Below, piece by piece: positions 1 to 9,587 of a stretch of DNA of 64,000 nt. Position 1 is the stretch's first letter, and every line of letters begins with the position of its first letter. The notes under the pieces are model-generated. The model made no database searches. It was given only the letters and a program-made list of their open reading frames with translations, and had not been told where the DNA came from. The DNA is from Candidatus Woesearchaeota archaeon (GTDB lineage Archaea; Nanobdellota; Nanobdellia; SCGC-AAA011-G17; JACPIM01): the NCBI GenBank assembly GCA_964513145.1, contig CAZELK010000001.1:153692-217691 (forward strand), in the 5' to 3' direction. The translations under genes were made by a program, and so were the position numbers.

Positions 1-942
1 GTCATCAATTGCAACCATATTTAATTCATGTATTTTAGTAACAATTTTTTTTATTTCTGGTCTTGATAAATCTTTTATATAATTCCTGTTTATTTTCACT
101 GCTGCAGAAAAAGGTGCAACTTTCTCAACATAATCCAAACACCATTCAAGCTTGTCAGTTCCCCTTGGCAAAACAAAATCAGCTCTTTGACCATATTCAG
201 CCGGGTCTAAGCCAGCACAAAGAATTGAGTTTTTCCTTTCAACAGCTTCAAGCCATTTTTTTCCAAAACTTTTTTTTTCGCCTTTCGGAAATCCATGTCT
301 CTCCCCCCAATTAAATGGATCAAGCCTCCACCCTTTTAAATTTTCCAATTGGTCTTTTTTTATATATTCATTTTTAATTGCTGTCTCAAGAAGTAAGTCA
401 TAAGTTACTAACGAATCTAATGTACATTCAGCATTTTTAAATTCCTGCTCTGTTTCTTTAAATCCATAATTAAAAATTGAAAAGACATTTTTTACTTTTC
501 CAGAAGCATTTCTTATTGCCCTTATTGCCTTTATTGTGCTTCCACCTGTTGAAACTAAATCCTCAATTAATAAAGCTGTTTTTCCTTCCAAGTCAGAACT
601 AGAATCAATTCCTTCTATTTGATTTCTCAAGCCATGGTCTTTTGGTTTGTCTCTTATATAGATAAGTGGTTTTTCTAAAAGATCAGCCAATGTTGTTGCA
701 TGGGGAATCCCGGCAGTTGCAATCCCGGCAACCACGTCAAATTTTATTTCTTTTTCTTTTATCAATGAATGAAAACCATGGGCAATTAATTTTCTGCTAG
801 AATGGTCTACTAAATGCATTCTGTTATCATTATAAATTGGCATAAAAAATCCAGAAGCCCATTGAAAAGGATGTAGAGTATCCAGCCTAATTGATTTTAT
901 GCTCAACGATTTTTCTGCCAAGGCGACATCAAAATTAGTCAT
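1..942 (-). CDS. pyrE: Orotate phosphoribosyltransferase fused to OMP decarboxylase (PyrE-PyrF); runs off the window edge
   Basis: Absent from the ORF track. Hand translation from ATG 942 is open for 314 codons to base 1: HPFQWASG..PIYNDNR, YIRDKPKDHG, PRPP motif LLIEDLVSTGGS, then KNSILCAGLDP and AVKIN...AIDD of PyrF. Confidence 0.9.
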   Translation of the reverse strand, partial: MTNFDVALAEKSLSIKSIRLDTLHPFQWASGFFMPIYNDNRMHLVDHSSRKLIAHGFHSLIKEKEIKFDVVAGIATAGIPHATTLADLLEKPLIYIRDKPKDHGLRNQIEGIDSSSDLEGKTALLIEDLVSTGGSTIKAIRAIRNASGKVKNVFSIFNYGFKETEQEFKNAECTLDSLVTYDLLLETAIKNEYIKKDQLENLKGWRLDPFNWGERHGFPKGEKKSFGKKWLEAVERKNSILCAGLDPAEYGQRADFVLPRGTDKLEWCLDYVEKVAPFSAAVKINRNYIKDLSRPEIKKIVTKIHELNMVAIDD

Positions 943-990
943 AAAGTTTTTATAAATTATCAATTTATATTAATTTATTTGCTAGAAAGG

Positions 991-1524
991 TTATTTCATC
1001 TTCAATTTTTCTTCTGCCATTAAAATCATCAAAGAAATAGCTGGGTTTGGAAATTCTGCATTTTTAGCCATTTTTAAAACTTCCATAAAAGGTTTTTTAA
1101 TTAATTTAAAAAATTCATTTTCATCTTTTTTTCTTGGTTCATTTGGATAATATAGTTGTGTTGCAAGATAATAAAAAGTTGTTTGTCTTATTGTATTAGA
1201 ACCGCCGCTTTCAAATAATAATTCTAAACTGCGTGCTTTGTAGCTAGTTTCTTCAAATAATTCTCTTTGAGCAGCTTCTTCCGCATTATTATCTAGATTA
1301 TCTATTCCCCCGCCAGGAATTTTTAAGATATTTTTTTTATGAGCTGGGCTGTATTGTTCAAGAAGTATTGCTTCATTATTTATTATTGGTAAAATGAAAA
1401 CCGAATTTATTCTCTCTATAATTTCCCTTTCAACTATTTTTCCATTTGATAATCTAAATTTATCTAATCTTAACTTTACAACATGCCCATCATAAATTAG
1501 TCTTGAATCTAAATTTTCTTCCAT
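991..1524 (-). CDS. NUDIX hydrolase (ADP-ribose pyrophosphatase-like)
   Basis: Nudix box GGGID...EEAAQRELFEET; N-terminal VVKLRLDKFRL..GK...REII typical of NudF-like proteins. Confidence 0.85.
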   Translation of the reverse strand: MEENLDSRLIYDGHVVKLRLDKFRLSNGKIVEREIIERINSVFILPIINNEAILLEQYSPAHKKNILKIPGGGIDNLDNNAEEAAQRELFEETSYKARSLELLFESGGSNTIRQTTFYYLATQLYYPNEPRKKDENEFFKLIKKPFMEVLKMAKNAEFPNPAISLMILMAEEKLKMK

Positions 1525-1532
1525 TTGTTTGA

Positions 1533-1613
1533 CGCCGGCACTAGGATTTGAACCTAGAAGTCCGAAGACCTAGTTTTCGAGACTAGTGTATTACCTGATT
1601 ATACTATGCCGGC
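1533..1613 (-). tRNA. tRNA-Ser(CGA)
   Basis: Acceptor GCCGGCA/TGCCGGC+G, anticodon arm CTAGT-CTCGAAA-ACTAG, long variable arm GTCTTCGGAC, T arm CTAGG-TTCAAAT-CCTAG. Confidence 0.95.
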
Positions 1614-1741
1614 TTAAAATTAGTTCTTGTTTTTTGTTTTATAAAATATTCTTTTTATCCTTTCTGTTGTATTTAGTGATTAAGACTTTATCTTAGTAAG
1701 ATAGTAGAACTTATATACTAAAGAGAGTATAACTATTCAAT

Positions 1742-1879
1742 ATGGGAAAAGTTAAACTAGCAGGCTATGTATGTGAACGTTGTGGGCATAAATGGGTCCC
1801 TCGAGAAACAACTACTGGGGAGCCGAAAGTCTGCCCAAAATGTAAAAGTCCTTATTGGAATGTGCCTAGGAAAAAATAA
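1742..1879 (+). CDS. 45-aa zinc-ribbon protein
   Basis: Below the ORF-track cutoff; MGKVKLAGYVCERCGHKWVPRETTTGEPKVCPKCKSPYWNVPRKK with two CxxC pairs. Confidence 0.7.
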   Translation: MGKVKLAGYVCERCGHKWVPRETTTGEPKVCPKCKSPYWNVPRKK

Positions 1880-1884
1880 TCAAT

Positions 1885-2598
1885 ATGAAATTTTTCAAGA
1901 AATATTGGTGGAAAAGCAGCTACAAACTACCAGTTAGTTTTATTCTATTTTTTGTGCTGGCTTTCTTTCTTATTGGTGAGCAGTTAGTGGCTCTGCCAAT
2001 CTATTTATTTGGACCAGGGCTGGATGGAAATGGTCCTGATAAACTTCACATATTAGACTTGGATCTAAGTGATGCTATCCATCGTCCTATTGCTTATATA
2101 GTGATTGGAACAGTAATTTGGGTTCTTTTCAAAATATTTGCTTGGCCTATTGCTTGGGTTATTGGAGCATTTCTTTGGGCACTAGAGCAGTTATTTCTAA
2201 CCCCCCTAGATCAGCGCCCATCAATATTAAACATAATAGTTTTTACATTTACTTTTTGGATTGTTCTCACTTTAGTTCCATATTTCATTTATAGGGCTAT
2301 AGATAATAAATTGGGGGAGAAAGGCAAGCGTAATGCTATTTTAATTACAATTTTAATAAATATTTTGCTTCTGGGATTTTTCACCTATCAAATTTTTTAT
2401 TTGCATAATTCATACAATCAACAAGTGCTGCCAGCCAATACTTGCCCTGATAAGTTGGTTGAAATTGTGAGAGAAACTTCTGAAACCAGTATTACAGTCA
2501 TTTATTGGAAAGGCAGGACTTATCAGTCAAGTGCTGAAATCTACAATTTTGTGGAAAAAAATTGCCCAGGTGTAATAGAAAGAATCGAGAGGCAGTAA
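1885..2598 (+). CDS. Hypothetical multi-pass membrane protein
   Basis: Several hydrophobic segments; follows the zinc-ribbon ORF by 5 nt. Confidence 0.6.
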   Translation: MKFFKKYWWKSSYKLPVSFILFFVLAFFLIGEQLVALPIYLFGPGLDGNGPDKLHILDLDLSDAIHRPIAYIVIGTVIWVLFKIFAWPIAWVIGAFLWALEQLFLTPLDQRPSILNIIVFTFTFWIVLTLVPYFIYRAIDNKLGEKGKRNAILITILINILLLGFFTYQIFYLHNSYNQQVLPANTCPDKLVEIVRETSETSITVIYWKGRTYQSSAEIYNFVEKNCPGVIERIERQ

Positions 2599-2712
2599 TT
2601 TTTGAAAGATAAAATTTGATTTATAGCTAATTATTGCGACAGAAAGCTTTTTGTTAATTACTTAAGAAATAAGAAAAAAATAAAAAAATATCTGGATTAT
2701 GACCAGGAAGAT

Positions 2713-2919
2713 TTATCGTCTCTTCTTTGCAGCTTTTCTTTTTGCAGCCATTTTTCCTCCTCTTTTATCTTCCAATTGTTTTTCCATTTTTTCATCAATT
2801 GCAAGTATTAATTTTTCTAGTCTGAAAATTCTTCTTAGACTATAAACAATTCCGACTATAGCTCCCAATAATATATAGAGAATTAAACCCGGATCAATTA
2901 AACAAGATGTTACCATCAT
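2713..2919 (-). CDS. Small single-TM protein with basic tail
   Basis: One TM helix, K/R-rich C-terminus, GGTGA-type SD upstream. Confidence 0.6.
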   Translation of the reverse strand: MMVTSCLIDPGLILYILLGAIVGIVYSLRRIFRLEKLILAIDEKMEKQLEDKRGGKMAAKRKAAKKRR

Positions 2920-3078
2920 TTCACCCCTTTTAAAAATAAAAATCTTTTATAATATAAATACTTTACTATTTTTTGTAAAAATTTTTAATAATTTTTTAAA
3001 ATATTTATCTAAAATTTATTTTTAATTCTTGCTTATTTTTTAAAAGTCACAATTTTTGCTTAAGCTTTTTTTAAAAGC

Positions 3079-4803
3079 TTATTCTTCGAGAATTTTTTCA
3101 ATAATGCTTCCGAAGGCAGGTCTTGTTATAAATACACCCGCAGTAATGCCAACTATAGTTGTAAATCCAAGACCACGAACTAATCCAGCGCCAGCATACC
3201 ATAATGGGATCATTGCTACAGTTGTTGTTGCATATGATGCCAAAATAATGAAAAAAGCGTTTTTGAGTCTTGCTTTCCAGTTTAAGTTTTTTGATTCTTT
3301 TCTTATTGTTTCATCTATAATTACTATTTGTGCATCTACTCCGGTGCCTACAGCAGCAATTATACCAGCAATAGAAACTAAATCCAAATTCCATTGTATT
3401 AAAGATGCAAATCCAAGAATAATAATAATTTCAGACACCATAGTAAGTAATAGTGGAATTACCAAGCCTAATTTTTTATATCTAAAAAATATGACTAATG
3501 AAACTCCAATAAATGCAGCAAGTGTAGTTAAAATAATATTTTTTGTAAATCCTTCTCCCAATAACGGAGATATGCTGTCAATTTTTATTATGTTTAATTT
3601 TTGTGGCAAAGAACCAGTTATTAAAACAGTCTGTAATTTGTCCATGTTTGCTAAAGCATTTTTGTATGCTTCTTGTTCATCTCCGCCAAAACCAGGACCT
3701 GAAATCGATATTGCATTTGCCTCTTGCCCTTTTAATGAAGAAGAAATTCTTAATGTATCAACCAATTGGTCATCCAAATATAAATCTAAATTTTTTTCCA
3801 AATAGCCGTCTATATTGGTTGGTATGTCTTTTGTAATTGTAGCGTGTTTCTTTGCTGCATCAGGGCTCAATCTTATTGTAAATTCGAACCTGCAAGCATA
3901 TCCGTTATTGCTTGGTGTGCAAGGTGGAACTATGCCGCTGCAGCTTCCATCCCCCCTGCATACAAAAGTTATGTCCTTTTGTCCGCCTTCAAAAACAGTG
4001 TCATTTCCTATTTTCGCCTCAAATTTGCCCTGTTTTGCAAGCAAAGATTCTACTTCTTCTTTTGATGCACCGGCAATTTCAGCCAGAATAAATATATTGC
4101 CATTAAGATCTTTTGCTGGTCTTATCCTTATATCTGATAAACCATAAACATCTAGTCTATTGTTTAATATTTTTGTTAAAGATTCAGTGTCTTTTTCATC
4201 TAAAGTTATTTCGGGTTTTAATAAAACCCTTGTGCCTCCAACAAGGTCAAGTCCTTTCTTAATATTTGTTGTTTCAATATTTTTTACAGTAATATCAGGA
4301 GCGCCTTTTGATAAAAATGCTATCAGCCCCCTATTTGTATCAATATTGAATCTTATTTCCTTAAATAATCCTTTTTCTATTTTTTCAAAATCAGATGTGC
4401 TGTTTATTAAATTATTATTTATTTCAATTATTTTTGACCCTGTGATTAAAGGAACATCTTTATTTACAGAAGTTATTGTTAAATTGCTATCTAATCTAAA
4501 GCCAATTGAATTAGTCACATTATAAGTAACATTTTTAGTGCTTGTGCTTACTTTGATTTGTTTTACAGGTGCTTTTGTTAATTCATTCATAAATATGTTA
4601 AAATCATCGCTGTTTTTAATTTCAATATTGTTTACTCTTGTAACTATGTCGCCTGATTTTAAGCCAGATTCTGATGCAATTCCTGAAACAGATCTTACTT
4701 CCACACCCTCAGTAGAAAATCTTGGTCTTATTGCTAATAACATTAAAGCCAAAATAATAATTAATACTATTACCTGCCAAGTTAGAAATTTTCTAAGTTT
4801 CAT
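3079..4803 (-). CDS. secD: Protein translocase subunit SecD (archaeal, PDZ-like N-terminal region)
   Basis: KGLDLVGGTRVLL, RLDVYGL, IAAVGTGVDAQIVI, GFTTIVG motifs. Confidence 0.95.
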   Translation of the reverse strand: MKLRKFLTWQVIVLIIILALMLLAIRPRFSTEGVEVRSVSGIASESGLKSGDIVTRVNNIEIKNSDDFNIFMNELTKAPVKQIKVSTSTKNVTYNVTNSIGFRLDSNLTITSVNKDVPLITGSKIIEINNNLINSTSDFEKIEKGLFKEIRFNIDTNRGLIAFLSKGAPDITVKNIETTNIKKGLDLVGGTRVLLKPEITLDEKDTESLTKILNNRLDVYGLSDIRIRPAKDLNGNIFILAEIAGASKEEVESLLAKQGKFEAKIGNDTVFEGGQKDITFVCRGDGSCSGIVPPCTPSNNGYACRFEFTIRLSPDAAKKHATITKDIPTNIDGYLEKNLDLYLDDQLVDTLRISSSLKGQEANAISISGPGFGGDEQEAYKNALANMDKLQTVLITGSLPQKLNIIKIDSISPLLGEGFTKNIILTTLAAFIGVSLVIFFRYKKLGLVIPLLLTMVSEIIIILGFASLIQWNLDLVSIAGIIAAVGTGVDAQIVIIDETIRKESKNLNWKARLKNAFFIILASYATTTVAMIPLWYAGAGLVRGLGFTTIVGITAGVFITRPAFGSIIEKILEE

Positions 4804-5677
4804 TTTTTAAATACCACCTTAAAATTCCGGCATTCATAAGATAAGTAGAAATAACATCACTCAACAATCCAATTATAAGAACAATAAACATTTCTTTTAA
4901 AACAAATGAGTTCGTAATAAAATAAGCAAATAACAAGGCAGCAACAGCTGCAAAAGTCATTGTAATTCCAGTTAAAAAAGAAGAATACATCCTTTCAAAT
5001 ATAGTTCCTTCCTTCCTTCTAAGTACTTTTGTAGAAAGCAGCACATCAGTATCAACACTATATCCTATCATTAACAATAAGGCTGCAACAGTTGCATCAG
5101 AAACTCTAAACCCAAATAAATCCACTATCGCAATAGTATTAACCATGTTTAAAATTGGGGCTAATACAACTGCTATTGAAGGCACTAATTTTCTATAAAT
5201 AATAAATACAGTAACAAACATAAAAGCAAAGGCAATTAATATTGTCCAGAGCATCTGGTTATAGAAGCTTTTGCCTAATGTAGAGCTTGTTTCTTTTACA
5301 AAATAATTTTTATCTTCAACTAGTTTTATTTTTAAAATATCAGTTATAGCAGACCTTATTTCGCTTTCTTTTATGTCAGAACTTTCTACTATAAATCCAT
5401 TTTGCTGTGTACTTGAGAAATCAACAAGTTTTCTTATAAAAAAATCCTTTCCTTTAAATTTAATTTGTAATTTTTCTTCTAAACTGTCAACCAAAGCAGG
5501 GTTTACAGTCTTGTCAGGATAAACTTCTACACTTAAGCCGCCTTTTAAAGAAACATCCTTATTTACAATATCTCCTGTTTTCTGATAATGGCTGAAAATA
5601 ACTAAAAGACTTATTATTAATAAAATAATGGGAATAAAAAATAACTTCTTATAATGTTTATTGTAAAATTTCTCCAT
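4793..5677 (-). CDS. secF: Protein translocase subunit SecF
   Basis: DVSLKGG, LLMIGYSVDTDVLL motifs; overlaps secD. Confidence 0.95.
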   Translation of the reverse strand: MEKFYNKHYKKLFFIPIILLIISLLVIFSHYQKTGDIVNKDVSLKGGLSVEVYPDKTVNPALVDSLEEKLQIKFKGKDFFIRKLVDFSSTQQNGFIVESSDIKESEIRSAITDILKIKLVEDKNYFVKETSSTLGKSFYNQMLWTILIAFAFMFVTVFIIYRKLVPSIAVVLAPILNMVNTIAIVDLFGFRVSDATVAALLLMIGYSVDTDVLLSTKVLRRKEGTIFERMYSSFLTGITMTFAAVAALLFAYFITNSFVLKEMFIVLIIGLLSDVISTYLMNAGILRWYLKNET

Positions 5678-5795
5678 ATCAGCTTAAAGTCTTCAGTTGT
5701 GCGTTTATAAATATTTTTATTGTTTTTTATGAGTTCCTATTTTAGTTAATTTTATATATGTGTTTCCACTGATTTAAAATGAAAAGAGGGTTATA

Positions 5796-8243
5796 ATGAG
5801 GTATTTAATCTTAATATTTATTTTATTAAATTTGAGTATTGTTCTAGGTGCAAATAGCTTAAGTTTGGTTTTAGATAAAGAAAAATACTCGCCAGATAGC
5901 TTTTTGCACGGAAATATTTTTTTAAATTTAGATAGAGAACTTGATTTGGGTTTAGAGCCGGATTTAATTATTTATTTAGATAATATAAAAGAAAAAAGAA
6001 ATATTATTGATATTTTAAATTCACTAGATAATAATCTTGAAATAATAAGCAATTCAAAAGATGCTGCAGACCCGGCAATACAGAAAGATTTTTCATTAGC
6101 TCAAAACAAGCTTTTTGGTTTTAAAATTCCAAAAGGAAGTGAGATAACAAAAATAGATTTTGATATAACTGGTTTAAATGCAAATGGTTTTCCAAATTTG
6201 CCATTTATAGATTTTGAAGAGTATAATATCTGGTTTTATGCTGGCATATTTAATGGCTGGAATTCTCAATCACAAAATGCCATTGGTTTAAGTGATATAA
6301 AAGCAGGTGATATAACAATAGACTCAAATGATGTTCTAAACTGTGAAATTGTAAGCCTGCCTTATGCCAATACTTTTAATGTCTCCATAGAAGTAAACAC
6401 ATTAGACAATTCTGGAAATATTAGCCTGCATATGTTTAGGTTTGATGCAGATACAAATACTGCAGAAGAAAAAATAGGTGAATGTGAATTAAAAAATATT
6501 CCTGGCTTGGATTCGCCAAGCTGTATTATAAACTCTGCAGAATATATAATTGGCAATCATTTAGTTTGTTTTTATAATGATAAAAATTCTGGAATTTATT
6601 CATTGCCTGTAGATGATAATGGTGACAGCAGATATGAATGTGATTCAAGTGCTCTGGACACAGCTACTGAATGTTCAGTTGTTGATGATGGAGATTTTTT
6701 TATAAAATCATTTAACCCAGTATATATTGGCGAACTAGATAAATCAGTAAAATTCAGTGATTTCAGTTTTGAAGATGAAGTAAAAATAGCCCTTAATGAT
6801 TATTTAAATAATTGTGAAGAAAATGATGAAAATGATTGTGTTTTATACTTTAATTCTGGAGCACAAAATAACAAAGGTTCATTAAGATTAAGCAATTTAT
6901 TTTTAGAATATGTTAAGCCAAATCAGATAAAAAGCGTTTTAAGAAATTTTTATGATGTTGAAGAAACGACTGCAAAAATCTTGGGTTTAAAAACAGGCGA
7001 TTTCATCAATTACTCATTAAAAATACCATTAAGTGTTTTTGATAATTTAACTGTGCCAGGTATATCAGATAATACAAGCACCATGAACATGAAAGTCGGG
7101 CTTAATGCTCTGTCTGATGAAAAAACCATATTTGTTGATAAAAACCTGTTTTTGTCTCCAAAAGAAATAATTGATGACGCCTTATTCAGTCTCAATATGC
7201 TAAAAAATAACTCAAAATATGGTGATATTTTTTCTGTTTTAAATATTAACATGGATGATTTGGAAACCAGTCTTAATAATTATAATCTGCAGTTAGATCA
7301 GCTTGCAGAAAATAATATTACTATTGATCAAAAAAATGAGCAGTCAGATTTGATTAAAGAGCAGATAAATATCATTCTTGAAACAGTGCCAAAAGTAATA
7401 AACATAAAAACTGATGTTGAATATCCCAGAATTTTCCCAATTAAAATTGATGCCCAATTATTAAACGGAGAAACTGAAGAAAATATATTGAACTTGCAGG
7501 ACAGTGTAAAAATAGAAACAAAAGTCAAACTATTCAGCATAACTGATTTTTCAGGCGAAACCACTCAAAAAACACTTATTAAGAGAAGCTTATCCAGTGA
7601 TTTAGATGAATATTCAGTTGTTGAAGATATATCAAAAGAAATTGCAAGCTCCGTTAGTTCAATTAAATTTAACACAGATGATTACATAGTAATCAAAGAT
7701 GACCCATTAATAAAATGGAACATAAAAGGAAATCAGGAAATAGCATACCTTATTGAGGGAGATATTCTTAATAAATTGAATAAGATTACAACAACAGTTT
7801 TGACTAAAAGTGATACTGAAGAGTATGCTGGTGAGCCAGAATGTGGTGATAATATATGTACAGAGATTTTAGAAGATGAAATAACATGCCCTTCTGACTG
7901 CAAGCCGAAATACAAAATAAACTGGCCTATAACTATTATTTTATTGATAATATTAATCTTGGGTGTAATTTATTTTAATTTCTTCATGGGTAAGAGAAGT
8001 TTAAAAGAATTAATTGTAAAAAAACCAGTTTTTGCATCGTTAAATGATGAAACAAATTTAAGAAATTACATATTAAGATCTTTAAATAATAAAGTGCCAA
8101 GAACTTTGATTTATAAGGCTTTATTGTCAAAGAAATGGACAAAAGCACAAATAGATTATGTTTTCAATAAATTAGACAGACCAATAACAAATAACAAAGA
8201 AAATATATTGAATAAGATTATAAATAAATTCAAAAAGAAATAA
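5796..8243 (+). CDS. Large secreted, C-terminally anchored surface protein
   Basis: Signal peptide, acidic Asn-rich body, CGDNIC...CPSDC motif, TM helix near C-terminus. Confidence 0.7.
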   Translation: MRYLILIFILLNLSIVLGANSLSLVLDKEKYSPDSFLHGNIFLNLDRELDLGLEPDLIIYLDNIKEKRNIIDILNSLDNNLEIISNSKDAADPAIQKDFSLAQNKLFGFKIPKGSEITKIDFDITGLNANGFPNLPFIDFEEYNIWFYAGIFNGWNSQSQNAIGLSDIKAGDITIDSNDVLNCEIVSLPYANTFNVSIEVNTLDNSGNISLHMFRFDADTNTAEEKIGECELKNIPGLDSPSCIINSAEYIIGNHLVCFYNDKNSGIYSLPVDDNGDSRYECDSSALDTATECSVVDDGDFFIKSFNPVYIGELDKSVKFSDFSFEDEVKIALNDYLNNCEENDENDCVLYFNSGAQNNKGSLRLSNLFLEYVKPNQIKSVLRNFYDVEETTAKILGLKTGDFINYSLKIPLSVFDNLTVPGISDNTSTMNMKVGLNALSDEKTIFVDKNLFLSPKEIIDDALFSLNMLKNNSKYGDIFSVLNINMDDLETSLNNYNLQLDQLAENNITIDQKNEQSDLIKEQINIILETVPKVINIKTDVEYPRIFPIKIDAQLLNGETEENILNLQDSVKIETKVKLFSITDFSGETTQKTLIKRSLSSDLDEYSVVEDISKEIASSVSSIKFNTDDYIVIKDDPLIKWNIKGNQEIAYLIEGDILNKLNKITTTVLTKSDTEEYAGEPECGDNICTEILEDEITCPSDCKPKYKINWPITIILLIILILGVIYFNFFMGKRSLKELIVKKPVFASLNDETNLRNYILRSLNNKVPRTLIYKALLSKKWTKAQIDYVFNKLDRPITNNKENILNKIINKFKKK

Positions 8244-8273
8244 TTAAATACTATTTTTACTCCAAGTTTTTTT

Positions 8274-8795
8274 ATGATAGAATTAGAAAGAACTTATTTG
8301 TTGAAAGAAATTCCAAAGAATCTTAAGAGTTGTAAATTCAAAGAAATTATTGACCTTTATATTCCTAAATCAAATCAGCATCCTGTTTTAAGAATAAGAA
8401 AGAATGGGAGTAAATTTGAAATGACTAAAAAACAGCCAATCAAAGGCAACGATTCTTCTTGCCAAGAAGAACAAACAATAACCCTCAGTGAAGAAGAATT
8501 TAAAGAATTAAATAAAATTGATGGCAAAAAAATACATAAAATAAGATATTATTATGATTGCAATAATAAAATAGCTGAAATTGATGTTTTTCAGGATTTA
8601 TTGAATGGCTTGATCCTTGTTGATTTTGAATTTGAAACAACTGAAGAGAAAGATTCTTTTAAAATTCCAGAATTTTGTTTAGCTGATGTTACACAAGATA
8701 AATTTATTGCTGGAGGAATGCTTTGCGGCAAATCATACAAAGACATAGAAAATGAACTTAAACAATTTAAATATAAAAAATTATTTTTAGTTTAA
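8274..8795 (+). CDS. CYTH-domain protein
   Basis: N-terminal IELERTYL (ExExK-like), LRIRK, KIRY, EIDVF, VDFEF. Confidence 0.8.
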   Translation: MIELERTYLLKEIPKNLKSCKFKEIIDLYIPKSNQHPVLRIRKNGSKFEMTKKQPIKGNDSSCQEEQTITLSEEEFKELNKIDGKKIHKIRYYYDCNNKIAEIDVFQDLLNGLILVDFEFETTEEKDSFKIPEFCLADVTQDKFIAGGMLCGKSYKDIENELKQFKYKKLFLV

Positions 8796-8814
8796 TTTTC
8801 TCACAGCAATCCCA

Positions 8815-8908
8815 AAGAAAAATGTTGTTACAATTCCAAAATCCACTGGCTTGATGCACATTATGGAAAATTGATAAAGATGATTTAAGCAAATTATATT
8901 ATGAATTT
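8815..8908 (+). pseudogene. C-terminal remnant of an aldo/keto reductase
   Basis: KKNVVTIPKSTGLMHIMEN, then after a frameshift WKIDKDDLSKLYYEF; resembles the AKR tail (IPKS..HL.EN...W.L..ED); no N-terminus. Confidence 0.45.
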
Positions 8909-8969
8909 GAAATACAGATTTTGAGCAAGAAATAGAAACTTTTTTTAATTATTAACTCTGTATTTTATT

Positions 8970-9587
8970 ATGCTTAAAGAATGGATTTCAAATGATTACT
9001 TGAAGGAAAATAAAATTAAAGAATTGCGAAATAAATTTAATAAAGCAAGTCCTTTTTCGCATATAGTTTTAAAAGATTTTTTTGATAAAAAGAAATTAGC
9101 CCAGGTTTTAGATTCTTTAATACACCAGGAATTTATTGAAAAAAATACGGATTTATTCCAGTTCAAGCAGTCCCAAGATATAAGTTCAATAAATTTAAAC
9201 AGTTTAAAAGATTTTTACTCTTTTTTTTCTTCAAGAGAATTTTGTGATTATATAAGCAGGCTAACTAATACGCAAGTAGAAAGCATAGATATGTCTGGTT
9301 TTTTTTATCAAAAAACAGATTACTTATTGCCTCATGATGACCAATTAGAAGGAAGGAAAATCGCCTATGTTGTGAATTTGTCAAATAAGTTTAAAAGAAA
9401 AGATGGTGGAAGGCTGCAATTATTCTCTGTTTTTAATGGAAAGCCAAAAAAGATAATTAAGTCATATTTACCAGAATTTAATAAGTTTATTTTATTTAAA
9501 GTCTCAGAAATCTCATTTCATCAAGTAGAAGAAATTATGTCAAATAAGGAAAGAATTTCTTTGGCTGGTTGGTTTCATGGAAATTAA
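8970..9587 (+). CDS. 2OG-Fe(II) oxygenase, OGFOD1/Tpa1-like catalytic domain
   Basis: YLLPHDDQLEGRKIAY (HxD), SFHQVEE (distal His), ERISLAGWFHG (2OG-binding Arg). Confidence 0.85.
   Translation: MLKEWISNDYLKENKIKELRNKFNKASPFSHIVLKDFFDKKKLAQVLDSLIHQEFIEKNTDLFQFKQSQDISSINLNSLKDFYSFFSSREFCDYISRLTNTQVESIDMSGFFYQKTDYLLPHDDQLEGRKIAYVVNLSNKFKRKDGGRLQLFSVFNGKPKKIIKSYLPEFNKFILFKVSEISFHQVEEIMSNKERISLAGWFHGN

Noticed and set aside
1533-1613. tRNA-Ser as an integration site
   Set aside because: No duplicate of its 3' end was seen by eye in the window, and the downstream genes look metabolic.
3056-4810. Long plus-strand ORFs (249, 110, 121, 90 aa) opposite secD
   Set aside because: Antisense shadows of a well-supported gene with no recognisable motifs. 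The same applies to most short opposite-strand ORFs in the track (e.g. over PINA, psmA, rrp42, fusA).
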